Below are positions 1-10,007 of a stretch of 64,000 bases of DNA, one piece after another; position 1 is the first letter of the stretch, and each line of letters opens with the position of its first letter. Source of the DNA: a virus. Lineage: Duplodnaviria > Heunggongvirae > Uroviricota > Caudoviricetes. Location: the IMG/VR virus record IMGVR_UViG_3300013126_000009; one strand, given 5' to 3'. The translations under genes were made by a program, and so were the position numbers. Under the pieces are notes generated by a model. It was not told the origin of the DNA. It ran no database searches and saw only the letters and a list, made by a program, of their open reading frames with translations.

Positions 1-178
1 TTAATTCTTTTGTTATTATGAAGAAAGGTAATATAAAGAATATTAAACTTAAATATTCATACCACTCAATCATCTTAGTATGTTCCATGTAATCAAATAA
101 AACAACCGTTTTGACTATTAAAAAACATAACATAATCAAGGTCGCTATAATACCACTTATTAAAATCTTTAATTTCAT
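1..178 (-). CDS. small membrane protein (truncated at window edge)
   Basis: ATG at 178 reads MKLKILISGIIATLIMLCFLIVK...; two hydrophobic stretches; open to the edge. Confidence 0.5.
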   Translation of the reverse strand, partial: MKLKILISGIIATLIMLCFLIVKTVVLFDYMEHTKMIEWYEYLSLIFFILPFFIITKEL

Positions 179-253
179 AATATTTAAATATCTAGATTAT
201 ACTCTTAAATCCCTTATTTATTACTTTTTTATCTTTTTAAATCTATTTATTAA

Positions 254-285
254 ATGATAAAAGAATTATAATTATGTCAAGTTTC
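254..285 (+). repeat. 32-bp direct repeat, copy 1
   Basis: ATGATAAAAGAATTATAATTATGTCAAGTTTC identical at 1530..1561. Confidence 0.9.
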
Positions 286-714
286 GATGGTTACTTTCCA
301 ATTATACACACAGCAAGTGGTGCAACACCAGAATGTTATATATATCTTAAAGTATATGGTGGTACTGGTGGTGGTTCGGCAATAATAAATAATTTACCAA
401 TTAATATCGGTGCTGGTAGCACAATAGACATTACTGTTAAATCAATTACTGGTGTAACTGGTAATGTATATCTTTTAGGTATGAAAAAGAACGTACTTGA
501 AGGTAGTAATACGTTGGGTGGTTATGGTGACCAAATACCAAACCCAATTACTGGGAAATATGTAGTTACCCCTTGTCGAACAATAGTATTTAATGGTGAT
601 TTGATTGTAACTGGTACTTTAGAAATAAAACCTAATAGTACCCTCATTATAAATGGTTCATTGACCGATAATGGAACAGTTATAAATAACGGAACAATAA
701 TAATAAACCCATAA
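274..714 (+). CDS. putative virion surface/decoration protein, paralog of 1550..1810 with a C-terminal extension
   Basis: G/T/I-rich beta-type sequence; N-terminal ~85 aa align with ORF 1550; TATTTAT upstream. Confidence 0.6.
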   Translation: MSSFDGYFPIIHTASGATPECYIYLKVYGGTGGGSAIINNLPINIGAGSTIDITVKSITGVTGNVYLLGMKKNVLEGSNTLGGYGDQIPNPITGKYVVTPCRTIVFNGDLIVTGTLEIKPNSTLIINGSLTDNGTVINNGTIIINP

Positions 715-723
715 AAAGAAAAA

Positions 724-1353
724 ATGAGCGGAATATATCAAAAACAAGTAAATTCAGGGACAGTAGCTTCGCCAAGTGCTGGTAGAACATTAATTTCAGT
801 AAATGACTCAGGAGAATTATTCACCAAAGATAGTAGTGGTAATGTGTCGATAACTCAACCTAAATTCGTAACAGTAGAAACAGCACATTCAGTTGATATA
901 GAGTCATTACTTGCAGCAATAAGCGCTGACCCATTCGATGTTGAGCTTTGGAAAGCATCATTTTCTGTTAGCTTCTATGACGGTACAGTATTGAGTGGTA
1001 TTTATGAGACCGTTGGTGATTTTTCAACTGAAGTATCATATAGTGGTATTATTGGGCTATCACCAAGTGATGATGAAACCTATAAAGAGTTATTAATAAC
1101 ATCAGCACTTTTTAAACCAACTGGTGGTGAGCAACTTGGTGGTATTCAAATGTCACATAATATTAAAATAGGTGGATTTCAAAATATCGAGATTACATAT
1201 AGATATGAAGAGAATCCAGATGCTACTGGGTCTGATGGTAAATATCTTCATAGTTTTAAAATAATAATAGAAACAAATACTATACTTGGATATGTAGAAA
1301 TATATGCTGATGATACTGAGTCTCATCAGTTTATATTTGATGGTATTAGTTAA
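724..1353 (+). CDS. hypothetical protein, fibre/appendage-like N-terminus
   Basis: 209 aa; N-terminal SPSAG..NDSGELFTKDSSGNV resembles phage fibre segments. Confidence 0.5.
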   Translation: MSGIYQKQVNSGTVASPSAGRTLISVNDSGELFTKDSSGNVSITQPKFVTVETAHSVDIESLLAAISADPFDVELWKASFSVSFYDGTVLSGIYETVGDFSTEVSYSGIIGLSPSDDETYKELLITSALFKPTGGEQLGGIQMSHNIKIGGFQNIEITYRYEENPDATGSDGKYLHSFKIIIETNTILGYVEIYADDTESHQFIFDGIS

Positions 1354-1529
1354 CCGATTTAAAAATTTGAATAAAATGATAGAAAAGATAAAAGAAGCCG
1401 CAAAGAAAGTGAATGAGGCAAAACGAAAATCTGTAAAAGAGAATATTCCAATGTCAGAAGCATTGAAGCAAGTATTTAATACCAATTAACTTATTCTTTG
1501 TTTTTTTAATGTCTGATTCATATTTATAT

Positions 1530-1561
1530 ATGATAAAAGAATTATAATTATGTCAAGTTTC
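1530..1561 (+). repeat. 32-bp direct repeat, copy 2
   Basis: identical to 254..285. Confidence 0.9.
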
Positions 1562-1810
1562 CACGGTTATTTCCCAATAATGCACCCAGCAAGTGGGTCC
1601 ACACTAAGCGCATTTACTTATTTACAAGTATATGGTGGTACTAGTGGTGGTACAGCAACCTTAAATGGTACACCAGTTAATATAGCAGCTGGAAGTACTA
1701 TTGATTTGGTGGTTAAAACCATAAGTGGTATCAGTGGTGATATCTATCTATTAGGTATGCGAAAGAACGTATTGGTGGGTAGTGGAGTATTAGGCGGATA
1801 TGGCGGATAA
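1550..1810 (+). CDS. small putative virion protein, paralog of 274..714
   Basis: MSSFHGYFPIMHPASG...LLGMRKNVL..LGGYG matches ORF 274; ATATTTATA at 1520. Confidence 0.7.
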   Translation: MSSFHGYFPIMHPASGSTLSAFTYLQVYGGTSGGTATLNGTPVNIAAGSTIDLVVKTISGISGDIYLLGMRKNVLVGSGVLGGYGG

Positions 1811-1841
1811 AATAATTAAACGAAAAAAATAAATTAATTAA

Positions 1842-2666
1842 ATGAAAAATAATAGCATTAACCCAACAACCCTTAAAGGTAAAGAAAAGACTCAAAGAAT
1901 GCTTGAACTTATGGGTCAAACTATGATAAAAGAAAATGTTGACCGTTCAGTTATTGAACTAACTAAAAGGGGTCCAGATGGTAAAATCTATGGTATTATC
2001 AGAGAAAATCATGAGTATTACATTAAGATTGCCGAAGGTACTGAAAATCTAACAAAGGATAGTTTCAAGTATATTGGTGGTCTTAAAAATAAAAAAGATT
2101 TTGCTTACCCATCATATGCGAAAGCTATTAAACATTTGAACTATAAATTCAAGTCCCTTGATGAATCTTTGGGTGTTAAATCAAATATAAATGTATTTGA
2201 AAATGATAATTTGGTAACCGAACACCATCCTTATAAAGCTGACCAAAAATTGTCAGCAACAAAGGGTATGGGTGATGGTCAAGAATATATTGTTGATAAA
2301 AAAGGTGCTGAACTTTCATTTAAAAATAAAGAAGGTAAAGCTGAAGACGGTTTCGGTGATAATGTAGCTGAAAAGGATGTGATGGATGAATTTGAAGGGG
2401 TTACACTATCTGAAAACGAATCTAAGATTGACGAAATGATTACTGGTAAAATAAATCGAAGAGTAACTATATCAGAAGATGACGTTAGAGTTTCAAAACC
2501 ATTAAGTATTCTTAGGGGTATTGACGTAATCGATGAGGCTATTTCTAAAGCTACTGGTGAGAAGAAGCTTGAAGAAATGGCTATAGCAACGGAACTTCTT
2601 AAAAAATTCTCTAAAGATGAAGTGATTTCAATCTTAGAAAATGTAACTGGAAAAAAAAAAGTCTAA
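1842..2666 (+). CDS. putative head-associated protein; ends just after an A10 run
   Basis: 274 aa with IKE/LDE/VTE/LSE motifs; G-A10-GTC-TAA at the end. Confidence 0.7.
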   Translation: MKNNSINPTTLKGKEKTQRMLELMGQTMIKENVDRSVIELTKRGPDGKIYGIIRENHEYYIKIAEGTENLTKDSFKYIGGLKNKKDFAYPSYAKAIKHLNYKFKSLDESLGVKSNINVFENDNLVTEHHPYKADQKLSATKGMGDGQEYIVDKKGAELSFKNKEGKAEDGFGDNVAEKDVMDEFEGVTLSENESKIDEMITGKINRRVTISEDDVRVSKPLSILRGIDVIDEAISKATGEKKLEEMAIATELLKKFSKDEVISILENVTGKKKV

Positions 2667-2686
2667 ACGAAACTAAAGCTGACGGA

Positions 2687-4051
2687 ATGTCAACTGGACT
2701 GTTCTCAGAAGAAGAGGATGGTTATACTTTAGAAGAAACAAAATACACACTTAAAGTTGATGCTCCAGCATCAGAACCCGTATCCGAACCAGATGAATCT
2801 GATTCGGATTTTGGTTTTGGCGGTGATTCTGAAGGCGAGTCATTTGGTGATGAGAAAGAACCAACAAACGACAAACCATTCGATGACGAACCTTTTGACG
2901 CTGGTGTTGAGGCTGACGAAGATGAAGACCCAAAAAAATTCATTCAGCAGTTGGCTGGAAAGATTGGTCAATCACTTAGAGATTATGAGAAAGGGTTAAC
3001 TGAACCAGATTTTGAATTGGAAAAGTTTGTAATAAACTCAGTAATTTCTGCAACCAACACATCTGAAATGGATAAGGAAGACCAAGAAGATATTATTAAG
3101 AAAGTTGAGACCAGTGGTAATGATTTTGATTCAAAATCAAATGATGATGATATGACTGACGATTCAGAAGATACTGAAGAGGTTGATGTTGAGGTTAAAG
3201 ATAAAGAATCTTTGGATGAGGTTTCTTTGGGTGATGACATTGAAGAGACATTTAAAGAATGGTCAAAACCAATGACATTAAAAGAGTCTGTAATCGTTTC
3301 TGACGGCCTTAAATATCATTTGGATAATAAGATACCATTGGGTGAATCTATGTTCAGATATGGCTCTGAAAAATACGTATATCTACTAAAAGAGGTTAAA
3401 TCATTATATGATAATGGTTTAATAACTCTTAATGAGAATGATGAGTTTATTGTTAATAGTGCAATGCCAAAAGTTGCAATGGTGAATGGGGAAGAAATTT
3501 TATTGAATACAATATACGAAGAGGTTATTGATGAATCTGATTTTATCAATGAATTAGATGATGTTGTTGCTAACTTACCTAGTTTCACACAATTAGCTGC
3601 GTTAGGTGCCCCAATGTTAGCTTTAATCATTAGAGATATTCTGAAAGGTGAAAAAAAAGCCGCAAAAGAAAAATTAGAAAAAGGTTTAGATAAAGAAAAC
3701 AATGATACTGTGGTTGAATCGATGTTAAATGATTTAACAACATTATTAACAGAAGCTGAGTATAAAGGTAAAAAGGTTGAGTTGAATAAACCAAAAAGGG
3801 GTGGTTCAAAGAAATTCTATGTATATGTTAGAGACCCAAAATCTGGTAATATAAGAAAAGTTTCTTTTGGTGCTAAATCTGGTGGTGGTAACTTAGCTGT
3901 TAAATTAAAAGACCCAAAAGCTAGAAAAGCCTTTTCTGACAGACATAATTGTCCAGAAAAAACAGATAAGACGACCGCTGGTTATTGGTCATGTGCTTTA
4001 CCAAGATATGCTAAAAGTCTTGGCTTAAGTGGTGGTGGTCGTTATTGGTAA
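2687..4051 (+). CDS. acidic putative head-internal protein with basic Cys-containing C-terminal module; possible frameshift extension of 1842..2666
   Basis: D/E-rich N-half; LTE followed by AEYKGKKVELNKPKRGGSKKFYVYV...RHNC...YWSC. Confidence 0.7.
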   Translation: MSTGLFSEEEDGYTLEETKYTLKVDAPASEPVSEPDESDSDFGFGGDSEGESFGDEKEPTNDKPFDDEPFDAGVEADEDEDPKKFIQQLAGKIGQSLRDYEKGLTEPDFELEKFVINSVISATNTSEMDKEDQEDIIKKVETSGNDFDSKSNDDDMTDDSEDTEEVDVEVKDKESLDEVSLGDDIEETFKEWSKPMTLKESVIVSDGLKYHLDNKIPLGESMFRYGSEKYVYLLKEVKSLYDNGLITLNENDEFIVNSAMPKVAMVNGEEILLNTIYEEVIDESDFINELDDVVANLPSFTQLAALGAPMLALIIRDILKGEKKAAKEKLEKGLDKENNDTVVESMLNDLTTLLTEAEYKGKKVELNKPKRGGSKKFYVYVRDPKSGNIRKVSFGAKSGGGNLAVKLKDPKARKAFSDRHNCPEKTDKTTAGYWSCALPRYAKSLGLSGGGRYW

Positions 4052-4067
4052 TTGAAAAAGAAATAAA

Positions 4068-4514
4068 ATGAGTAGAGTTAGTAAAAAGAAATTATATTTA
4101 ATTGAACGTGCAAACAAGAGGGTTTTGGGTGAACCAGAAATGGAATGTCCAAAAGCTACTCAAGATTTAGAATTAAACACTGAAAATAGGGATAAGTCAA
4201 TTAAAGCTGAACATATAAAATATGGTCCAATGAATTTGTCTGATGATAAGTATTGGGAGGATTTGGCTAAACATTGGAAAACTACTGTTGATGTGGCAAA
4301 AAAATCTAAATGTGGTAATTGTGTGGCCTTTGATATTTCACCAAGAATGGATGAATGTATGCCTGGTCCTGTTTCGGATGAGGATGGTCGTTTGGGTTAT
4401 TGCTGGATGCACCATTTCAAATGTCATTCAGCTCGAACGTGTAGGACATGGGCTGCTGGTGGACCAATAAAGGAAGATAAAATATCATATGAGTGGCAAG
4501 AAAAAAATAAATAA
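4068..4514 (+). CDS. Cys-rich putative metal-binding protein
   Basis: CGNC...C...YCWMHHFKCHSARTC..W. Confidence 0.65.
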   Translation: MSRVSKKKLYLIERANKRVLGEPEMECPKATQDLELNTENRDKSIKAEHIKYGPMNLSDDKYWEDLAKHWKTTVDVAKKSKCGNCVAFDISPRMDECMPGPVSDEDGRLGYCWMHHFKCHSARTCRTWAAGGPIKEDKISYEWQEKNK

Positions 4515-4516
4515 CT

Positions 4517-4795
4517 ATGAATCTATTATTTTTAAACCAAAAGACGAATAAACAAAAGATTACTGAATCTTTAAAGAATTTAGACGAAAGTCGAGAACAA
4601 CAAAACTATATGTTTTTTCAAAACGTTAAAACCATTTGTGATGCCGCAAAAGCTATTATGGATATGGATAAAGCTATGGTGGATAACATATTATCAAATG
4701 GTCACGATTGGGCATCAGACCATATTGCAACGTCAAAAGACGATATGGAAGAAGTTTATAATTTTTTAAAAAACAAAATGTCAAATGAACAGTGA
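4517..4795 (+). CDS. hypothetical protein
   Basis: 92 aa; ITE/LDE near N-terminus; HDWASDHIA. Confidence 0.6.
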   Translation: MNLLFLNQKTNKQKITESLKNLDESREQQNYMFFQNVKTICDAAKAIMDMDKAMVDNILSNGHDWASDHIATSKDDMEEVYNFLKNKMSNEQ

Positions 4796-7661
4796 AAATC
4801 CATATAATGAGGAAAAGGATGAGTTTGGTGTGATAAAAAGAACCTTTTATGAGACAACAGATTCAGATGAATTTGTTTGGCATAGGGATAAAAAAGACCG
4901 TTTGGTCACACCAGTTACTGAAACCGATTGGATGATTCAATTTGATAATGAATTACCAAGAAAAATGGTTATTGGTGAAGCGATTGAGATACCAAAAGAA
5001 TCATATCATAGGGTTATAAAAGGTTCTGGTGATTTAATTGTTGAAATCGAAGAGTTTGATTCAATAGATGAAGCTAAAAAGAAGAAAAGTTCTGGAAAAA
5101 AAGACGCATGTTATTACAAAGTTAAAAGTAGGTACTCGGTCTGGCCATCAGCCTACGGGTCAGGTGCCCTTGTTCAATGTAGAAAAGTTGGTGCGAAAAA
5201 TTGGGGTAATAAAACTAAAGAGGGTGTTGACGAAAATAAAACTGAGTTTCAAAATAAAGCTTTAGATAACATAAATAAATTGGGTGGTTTTGATAATTTA
5301 CCTGATATTGATAAATTAGCTTTATTGGGTGGTACAAACGATAATCGATTAAAGGATTTGAATTTGATTAAAATCTTTAAAGAGAATGGTGGTACTTTTG
5401 GTAAATTCGAGATAAAAGTTAAGGTTAAAGATGAAAATCAACAACCAATTAACCATAAATTCAGTAAAGAATTTGCTGGTAAAGAAGGTTATCTATATCC
5501 GTACATAAATTATACAGAAAATAATCAACCGTATGTTACAGTTAGGTTTGATGAATTTATTTCAAATCCAGATTATAAAGGTGGTGGCTCTTACGAAGAA
5601 AGACCAATTTTCTTAGCAAATATATACCCGATTGATTATGATGAAATCAAAAGTGATTTTGTGAAATATCAAAATAAAGTTGACCAAGACAGAAAAGATT
5701 TTTTAAACCAATTTGGTTTGGATGACATCTATGAAAGTGAATTAGAAGTTTATGAAGCTAAAAAAGAACTTTTTAAAGAAAATATTAAATCTAAATTAAT
5801 TCTGTTGAACGAGATAAGCTCTAATGATGCTTATACTAGATTTTATCGCAGTACTTTTGATGCTGAAAACCCTGATAGGGATAGAGCCATTTATACTAAA
5901 GTAATTCAATTAGACCCAACATTTAACGCCCAAAATGATAAATTAGGTATGTATACCAAATGGTTGTTTAGGAAAGATAATGTTGAGCAACTTAAAAAGA
6001 CCAAAGACGAAGATTTATATAAAATAAAGGGTGACTTGGAGTTTTTCCATAAAGCAAAGACAAAAAATATACTACCACCTGAAAGTAAGGATATTAATAA
6101 GTTTAATATTAAAACGCTTTTGGATTTGGTATTCGATATGGAGAAAAGTGGTGAAGACTTAATGTCAAAAACTGAGAAGGAAAAAGAAATAAAGGGTGAA
6201 GCTGATAAATATGAAACCGTTAATTGGATTATTATTGTACCAAAAACCGAAGAAGCCTCTTGTTTTTATGGTAAAGGTACTAGGTGGTGTACCGCAGCTG
6301 ATAATAACAATATGTTCAATAGCTATAGTTATGACGGACCGTTGTACATATTAATAAATAAACATGATAAATCTGATAAGTATCAGTTTCATTTCGAAAG
6401 TTCTCAGTTTATGGATACTAAAGATTCACCAATCAGTCTTTCAGAATTTATGTATGAGAATTCAGACGTATATGAGTTCTTTCAGTCTCGTGTTGGTGTT
6501 GATTTAGACTTTGAAATAGCCAAGTCATCTCTGGAAAACTATGATGAAGCTGGGTTTCAAGATTTTTATTCTGATGAATTTACCGATGAACAAAAAAGAG
6601 AATTGGTGAAACTAGCATTTGATAAAGATGAGTATTCAGACTCTTTCTATAATGTAAGTAATGTACTTAATTATGTGGATTATCCGAGTTTGAAGTCAGA
6701 TTTCAGGAATTCGTTTATTTGGGGTTTAGAAGTATCACTTGGTAATCGTTATGACGAGGAAAATTATGATGCTAGAATGTTCATTGATTATCTTGGTGGA
6801 TTTAATGATGAAAATATTTCTGTAATTGTAAATGCCGCTGACCTAAAAGACCCTGACCAAATTAATAAACTATTTGACATAGCCTCGGAATATGATGCTG
6901 AAAAATTATTAGCTGATTATTTAGAGGGCGAAGCTGTTGATATCAATTTTGATATGATTGACACACTAAATAATATTAAACAAAAATTTAATTATAGTGA
7001 TTGGGAAAAAACTGTAGAGTCTAAGTTGGTTAAAATTCGTATTAATTCAAGTGATTTGGAAAATGGTACCATTAACGTTACCATAACACCAAAAGATGAA
7101 AAAGGTAACGCAATTACCGACAAGAGTGAACGTGGTAATATAAATTATAAAAATTTAATTAAATATCTGACGATACCACAATTATTTAATGAAGCTAAAA
7201 AAACTGATTTTTCAAAAGAAAAGTCAAAGGGTCTTCATGGTTGGTTTGAAAGACAGGGTGGTAAAGGTAAATCCAAAGGTTGGGTTGATTGTAACACTTG
7301 TAGAAAGGATAAAAAGACTGGTAGAAAAAAGTGTAAACCTTGTGGTCGAAAAGAAGGTGAAAAAAGGTCTAAATATCCAGCATGTAGACCAACGCCTTCA
7401 GCCTGTGGAACCAGAGGTAAGGGTAAAAAGTGGGGTAAAAAGAGTGGTAAACAAAATGAAAATAGAGTACATTTGATAAAGAATATGTTAAACGAAAATT
7501 CAGAAATGTTAGATGTAGTAGAAGTTTTCTCTATTTATAATAAAGATAATAATCATACTGTTGAACCTGATGTTAAACCAGTTGAAAAACCAGTTGAAAG
7601 ACCAGATTCACCGTATGCACCAAAACAAAGACCTAAAACTAAACCAAAGGCTGAAAAATGA
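4785..7661 (+). CDS. multi-module putative head-cargo protein (cupin-like, Cys/Lys-rich and PcfJ-like modules)
   Basis: WHRD...YHRVIKG; DACYYKVKSRYSVWPSAY; ASCFYGKGTRWCTAA; WVDCNTC..CKPCG..PACRP; modules separated by [LIV]xE. Confidence 0.65.
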   Translation: MNSENPYNEEKDEFGVIKRTFYETTDSDEFVWHRDKKDRLVTPVTETDWMIQFDNELPRKMVIGEAIEIPKESYHRVIKGSGDLIVEIEEFDSIDEAKKKKSSGKKDACYYKVKSRYSVWPSAYGSGALVQCRKVGAKNWGNKTKEGVDENKTEFQNKALDNINKLGGFDNLPDIDKLALLGGTNDNRLKDLNLIKIFKENGGTFGKFEIKVKVKDENQQPINHKFSKEFAGKEGYLYPYINYTENNQPYVTVRFDEFISNPDYKGGGSYEERPIFLANIYPIDYDEIKSDFVKYQNKVDQDRKDFLNQFGLDDIYESELEVYEAKKELFKENIKSKLILLNEISSNDAYTRFYRSTFDAENPDRDRAIYTKVIQLDPTFNAQNDKLGMYTKWLFRKDNVEQLKKTKDEDLYKIKGDLEFFHKAKTKNILPPESKDINKFNIKTLLDLVFDMEKSGEDLMSKTEKEKEIKGEADKYETVNWIIIVPKTEEASCFYGKGTRWCTAADNNNMFNSYSYDGPLYILINKHDKSDKYQFHFESSQFMDTKDSPISLSEFMYENSDVYEFFQSRVGVDLDFEIAKSSLENYDEAGFQDFYSDEFTDEQKRELVKLAFDKDEYSDSFYNVSNVLNYVDYPSLKSDFRNSFIWGLEVSLGNRYDEENYDARMFIDYLGGFNDENISVIVNAADLKDPDQINKLFDIASEYDAEKLLADYLEGEAVDINFDMIDTLNNIKQKFNYSDWEKTVESKLVKIRINSSDLENGTINVTITPKDEKGNAITDKSERGNINYKNLIKYLTIPQLFNEAKKTDFSKEKSKGLHGWFERQGGKGKSKGWVDCNTCRKDKKTGRKKCKPCGRKEGEKRSKYPACRPTPSACGTRGKGKKWGKKSGKQNENRVHLIKNMLNENSEMLDVVEVFSIYNKDNNHTVEPDVKPVEKPVERPDSPYAPKQRPKTKPKAEK

Positions 7662-8062
7662 AACTGATATTTGTAAATAAAATAGGGTTGGATTGGAATG
7701 GTAAATTAATTTGTGAATTTATCTTTTCCGAAGCCGATGAGGTTGATGGTGAGGGTTGGGATGTTTATCCAGCTAAGAATCAAGCTGAACCACCTGAAAA
7801 GGAATATATCGATATGGTTGGTAGGGTTGAAACTGATGAGATATCATTAATGTGCATACAAGAGAGTGATACCTTTGCTGTGTGGGATGCTATTGATGGT
7901 GTTGTGGCGATGGCATGGGAAGATATAACAGAATATGATGAATATCCAGATGATAGGTTAAGTTTTTTCTTTGGTGACTCTATTGAAGATGTTAAAGATA
8001 AACTTTATGCTAGAGATATAATAATTGAATGGAAATATAAAAAAGATGACGTATCAGAATAA
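7658..8062 (+). CDS. acidic hypothetical protein
   Basis: 134 aa; ATGA overlap with upstream stop. Confidence 0.65.
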   Translation: MKLIFVNKIGLDWNGKLICEFIFSEADEVDGEGWDVYPAKNQAEPPEKEYIDMVGRVETDEISLMCIQESDTFAVWDAIDGVVAMAWEDITEYDEYPDDRLSFFFGDSIEDVKDKLYARDIIIEWKYKKDDVSE

Positions 8063-8765
8063 AATATTATCGGTATTGAAGGAGGCTCAAGGTGAGTCAT
8101 TAACAAATAAAATACAACAAAGTAGTGATGCTATTAAAAGTGCTTATCAAACAACGGTTCAGAGTATGAAAAACTTAACAGGTGTCGGTGATGATGAAGC
8201 TGAGGATTTGGCAACCGCTGCAATATCAAGTGCTGTGAAAACTGAAGGTGTATCGAATTCTAGTCATGTTGTTCAATATGACAGTGAACGAAGTGGTGAG
8301 GAACCTTTTATGATGAACGGTGTTAAGTGGCAGTTTGTTAACGTAATCAATAATGATGGTAAAAAAGATATCGGTGTATATAGATTTGACCATGATTTGG
8401 CTTATGATTATCAGTGGTTTATGGATGAGGTTGTACCAAAACCAAAAAACGATGAAATGGTTACAGAAGTTGGTGACGAAAAAGTACATACGGCTAAGTT
8501 TGATAGATGTGTCGCTGATGTTGAAAAACAGGGTGATGTGGACAACCCATATGCCGTTTGTCAAGCATCTTTAGGTTCGGGCGCAATTAAAAAATCACAT
8601 AGAGATAAACCTGAAGATGAATATGTCAGAACACAACGTGAACAAAAAGAACCACAAACACCAGAAGATGTTGTCGGTAAGGTTAAAAAGGAAGAACTGG
8701 AACGTATTATGGAATCAATGAAACCGAAGAAAAAGATAATAAAAGTAAAAGAATTAAAAAAGTAA
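8046..8765 (+). CDS. putative head-internal protein (start probably 8046; track gives 8025)
   Basis: N-terminal KILSVLKE; internal VTE then KFDRCV..NPYAVCQAS module. Confidence 0.6.
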   Translation: MTYQNKILSVLKEAQGESLTNKIQQSSDAIKSAYQTTVQSMKNLTGVGDDEAEDLATAAISSAVKTEGVSNSSHVVQYDSERSGEEPFMMNGVKWQFVNVINNDGKKDIGVYRFDHDLAYDYQWFMDEVVPKPKNDEMVTEVGDEKVHTAKFDRCVADVEKQGDVDNPYAVCQASLGSGAIKKSHRDKPEDEYVRTQREQKEPQTPEDVVGKVKKEELERIMESMKPKKKIIKVKELKK

Positions 8766-8768
8766 GTA

Positions 8769-10007
8769 ATGTCTAAATCATACGATAAATTAATTAAAAA
8801 AGCTTTAAATGAATCAAAAGCGCACGGTATCATTACTGAAGGTTTTGGTTATCCAAAAACAATGAATGAGCGAATGCACCCTGAAATTGAAGAAGCTATT
8901 AAAGAACGAAAAACGTCAATTGGTAACCACCCAGCGTTACCATCTGGTGGTGTTAGACCATATGACCAAAAATTACTTTTGGGTCGTTTTAACGAGGTGG
9001 TAAATACCTGTAAAGAAGCTTTCGATATGAATGAAATAACTGAGGGTGATTTACCAAAATTAATGGAAAGTGCCCAACAATTACTTTTAGGTTGTATGGA
9101 AAGTGAAAAGGAGCATAGAGACGTTTTAGAATCTTTGGCTGAAAGGTTGGTTAGGGAAGATTATGACGTATCCGAAGATTTGGTCGAGTTCAATTGTAAG
9201 TTGGTTGATAACTTAACAATGGAGCGTCAACTAACTAGGGAATTTGAAAATGAGGATTTCAATCTGGATTTTGAACGTGCTGATGACATTCAAAATGCTG
9301 AGGGTGAAGTTATGAAAAGACGAATGGTTAATTCTATGATTCAAGGTGGTGCAAATAAGTGTAACCATATGTACCATATGGGTAGAAAAGACCTAATGGA
9401 TATTGACCCAACGTTACTTAATAAGTATAAGAAAATGATGGCGTTCAATGATTATATGTACTTTATGACACCTAAACCAAATACAGCAAAAGCTGCTGGT
9501 GTGGTTAATGTTGATTTCAACGAACAAGGTAAACCCGTCATTAATGCTGAAGCTTTAACCTTCCCAGTTTTAATTCATGAAATGGTAAAGGGTGTATTGG
9601 AATTAATTTCAATGAATGGTTTTACCGAAGATGAACAATTGAATGAATATGTTATAAACCATGCAGATTTCTTGGCCGCAGAACCATGGGATTTAAGAAT
9701 TGGTCCAGCCATTTGGGATAAAGTAATGGACTGCATACCACCAAAAGACCATGATATGAAACACCACGTATTTCATAAATTGGTTAAATTACCAGTGAAT
9801 GAATTTAATTCATGTATGAAAGAAATTATTGCTGAAACCAAAGAGGGTAAACGTTTAGTTAGTGAAATGTTAAACGAAGTTAAGTTTAAACAATTTGAAG
9901 CTGCTTTGGATGAGGAAATTGCAATAAAAAAAGAAGAGGCCAAACAACGTTCCATTAGTGAGTTGGATGACATCATGAACGAACTATATGACGGTCTTGG
10001 TGACTGA
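8769..10007 (+). CDS. hypothetical head-region protein
   Basis: 412 aa; N-terminal ALNE/ITE; directly upstream of terminase. Confidence 0.6.
   Translation: MSKSYDKLIKKALNESKAHGIITEGFGYPKTMNERMHPEIEEAIKERKTSIGNHPALPSGGVRPYDQKLLLGRFNEVVNTCKEAFDMNEITEGDLPKLMESAQQLLLGCMESEKEHRDVLESLAERLVREDYDVSEDLVEFNCKLVDNLTMERQLTREFENEDFNLDFERADDIQNAEGEVMKRRMVNSMIQGGANKCNHMYHMGRKDLMDIDPTLLNKYKKMMAFNDYMYFMTPKPNTAKAAGVVNVDFNEQGKPVINAEALTFPVLIHEMVKGVLELISMNGFTEDEQLNEYVINHADFLAAEPWDLRIGPAIWDKVMDCIPPKDHDMKHHVFHKLVKLPVNEFNSCMKEIIAETKEGKRLVSEMLNEVKFKQFEAALDEEIAIKKEEAKQRSISELDDIMNELYDGLGD

Noticed and set aside
1304-1489. 61-aa ORF
   Set aside because: Overlaps the upstream gene; at most a ~37-aa peptide from ATG 1377, too weak to call
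2722-3702. Ser/Phe-rich antisense ORFs here and throughout the track
   Set aside because: Shadows of E/D/K-rich genes on the opposite strand
9565-9600. HEMVKG as a zinc-peptidase HExxH motif
   Set aside because: The second His is missing; no other support
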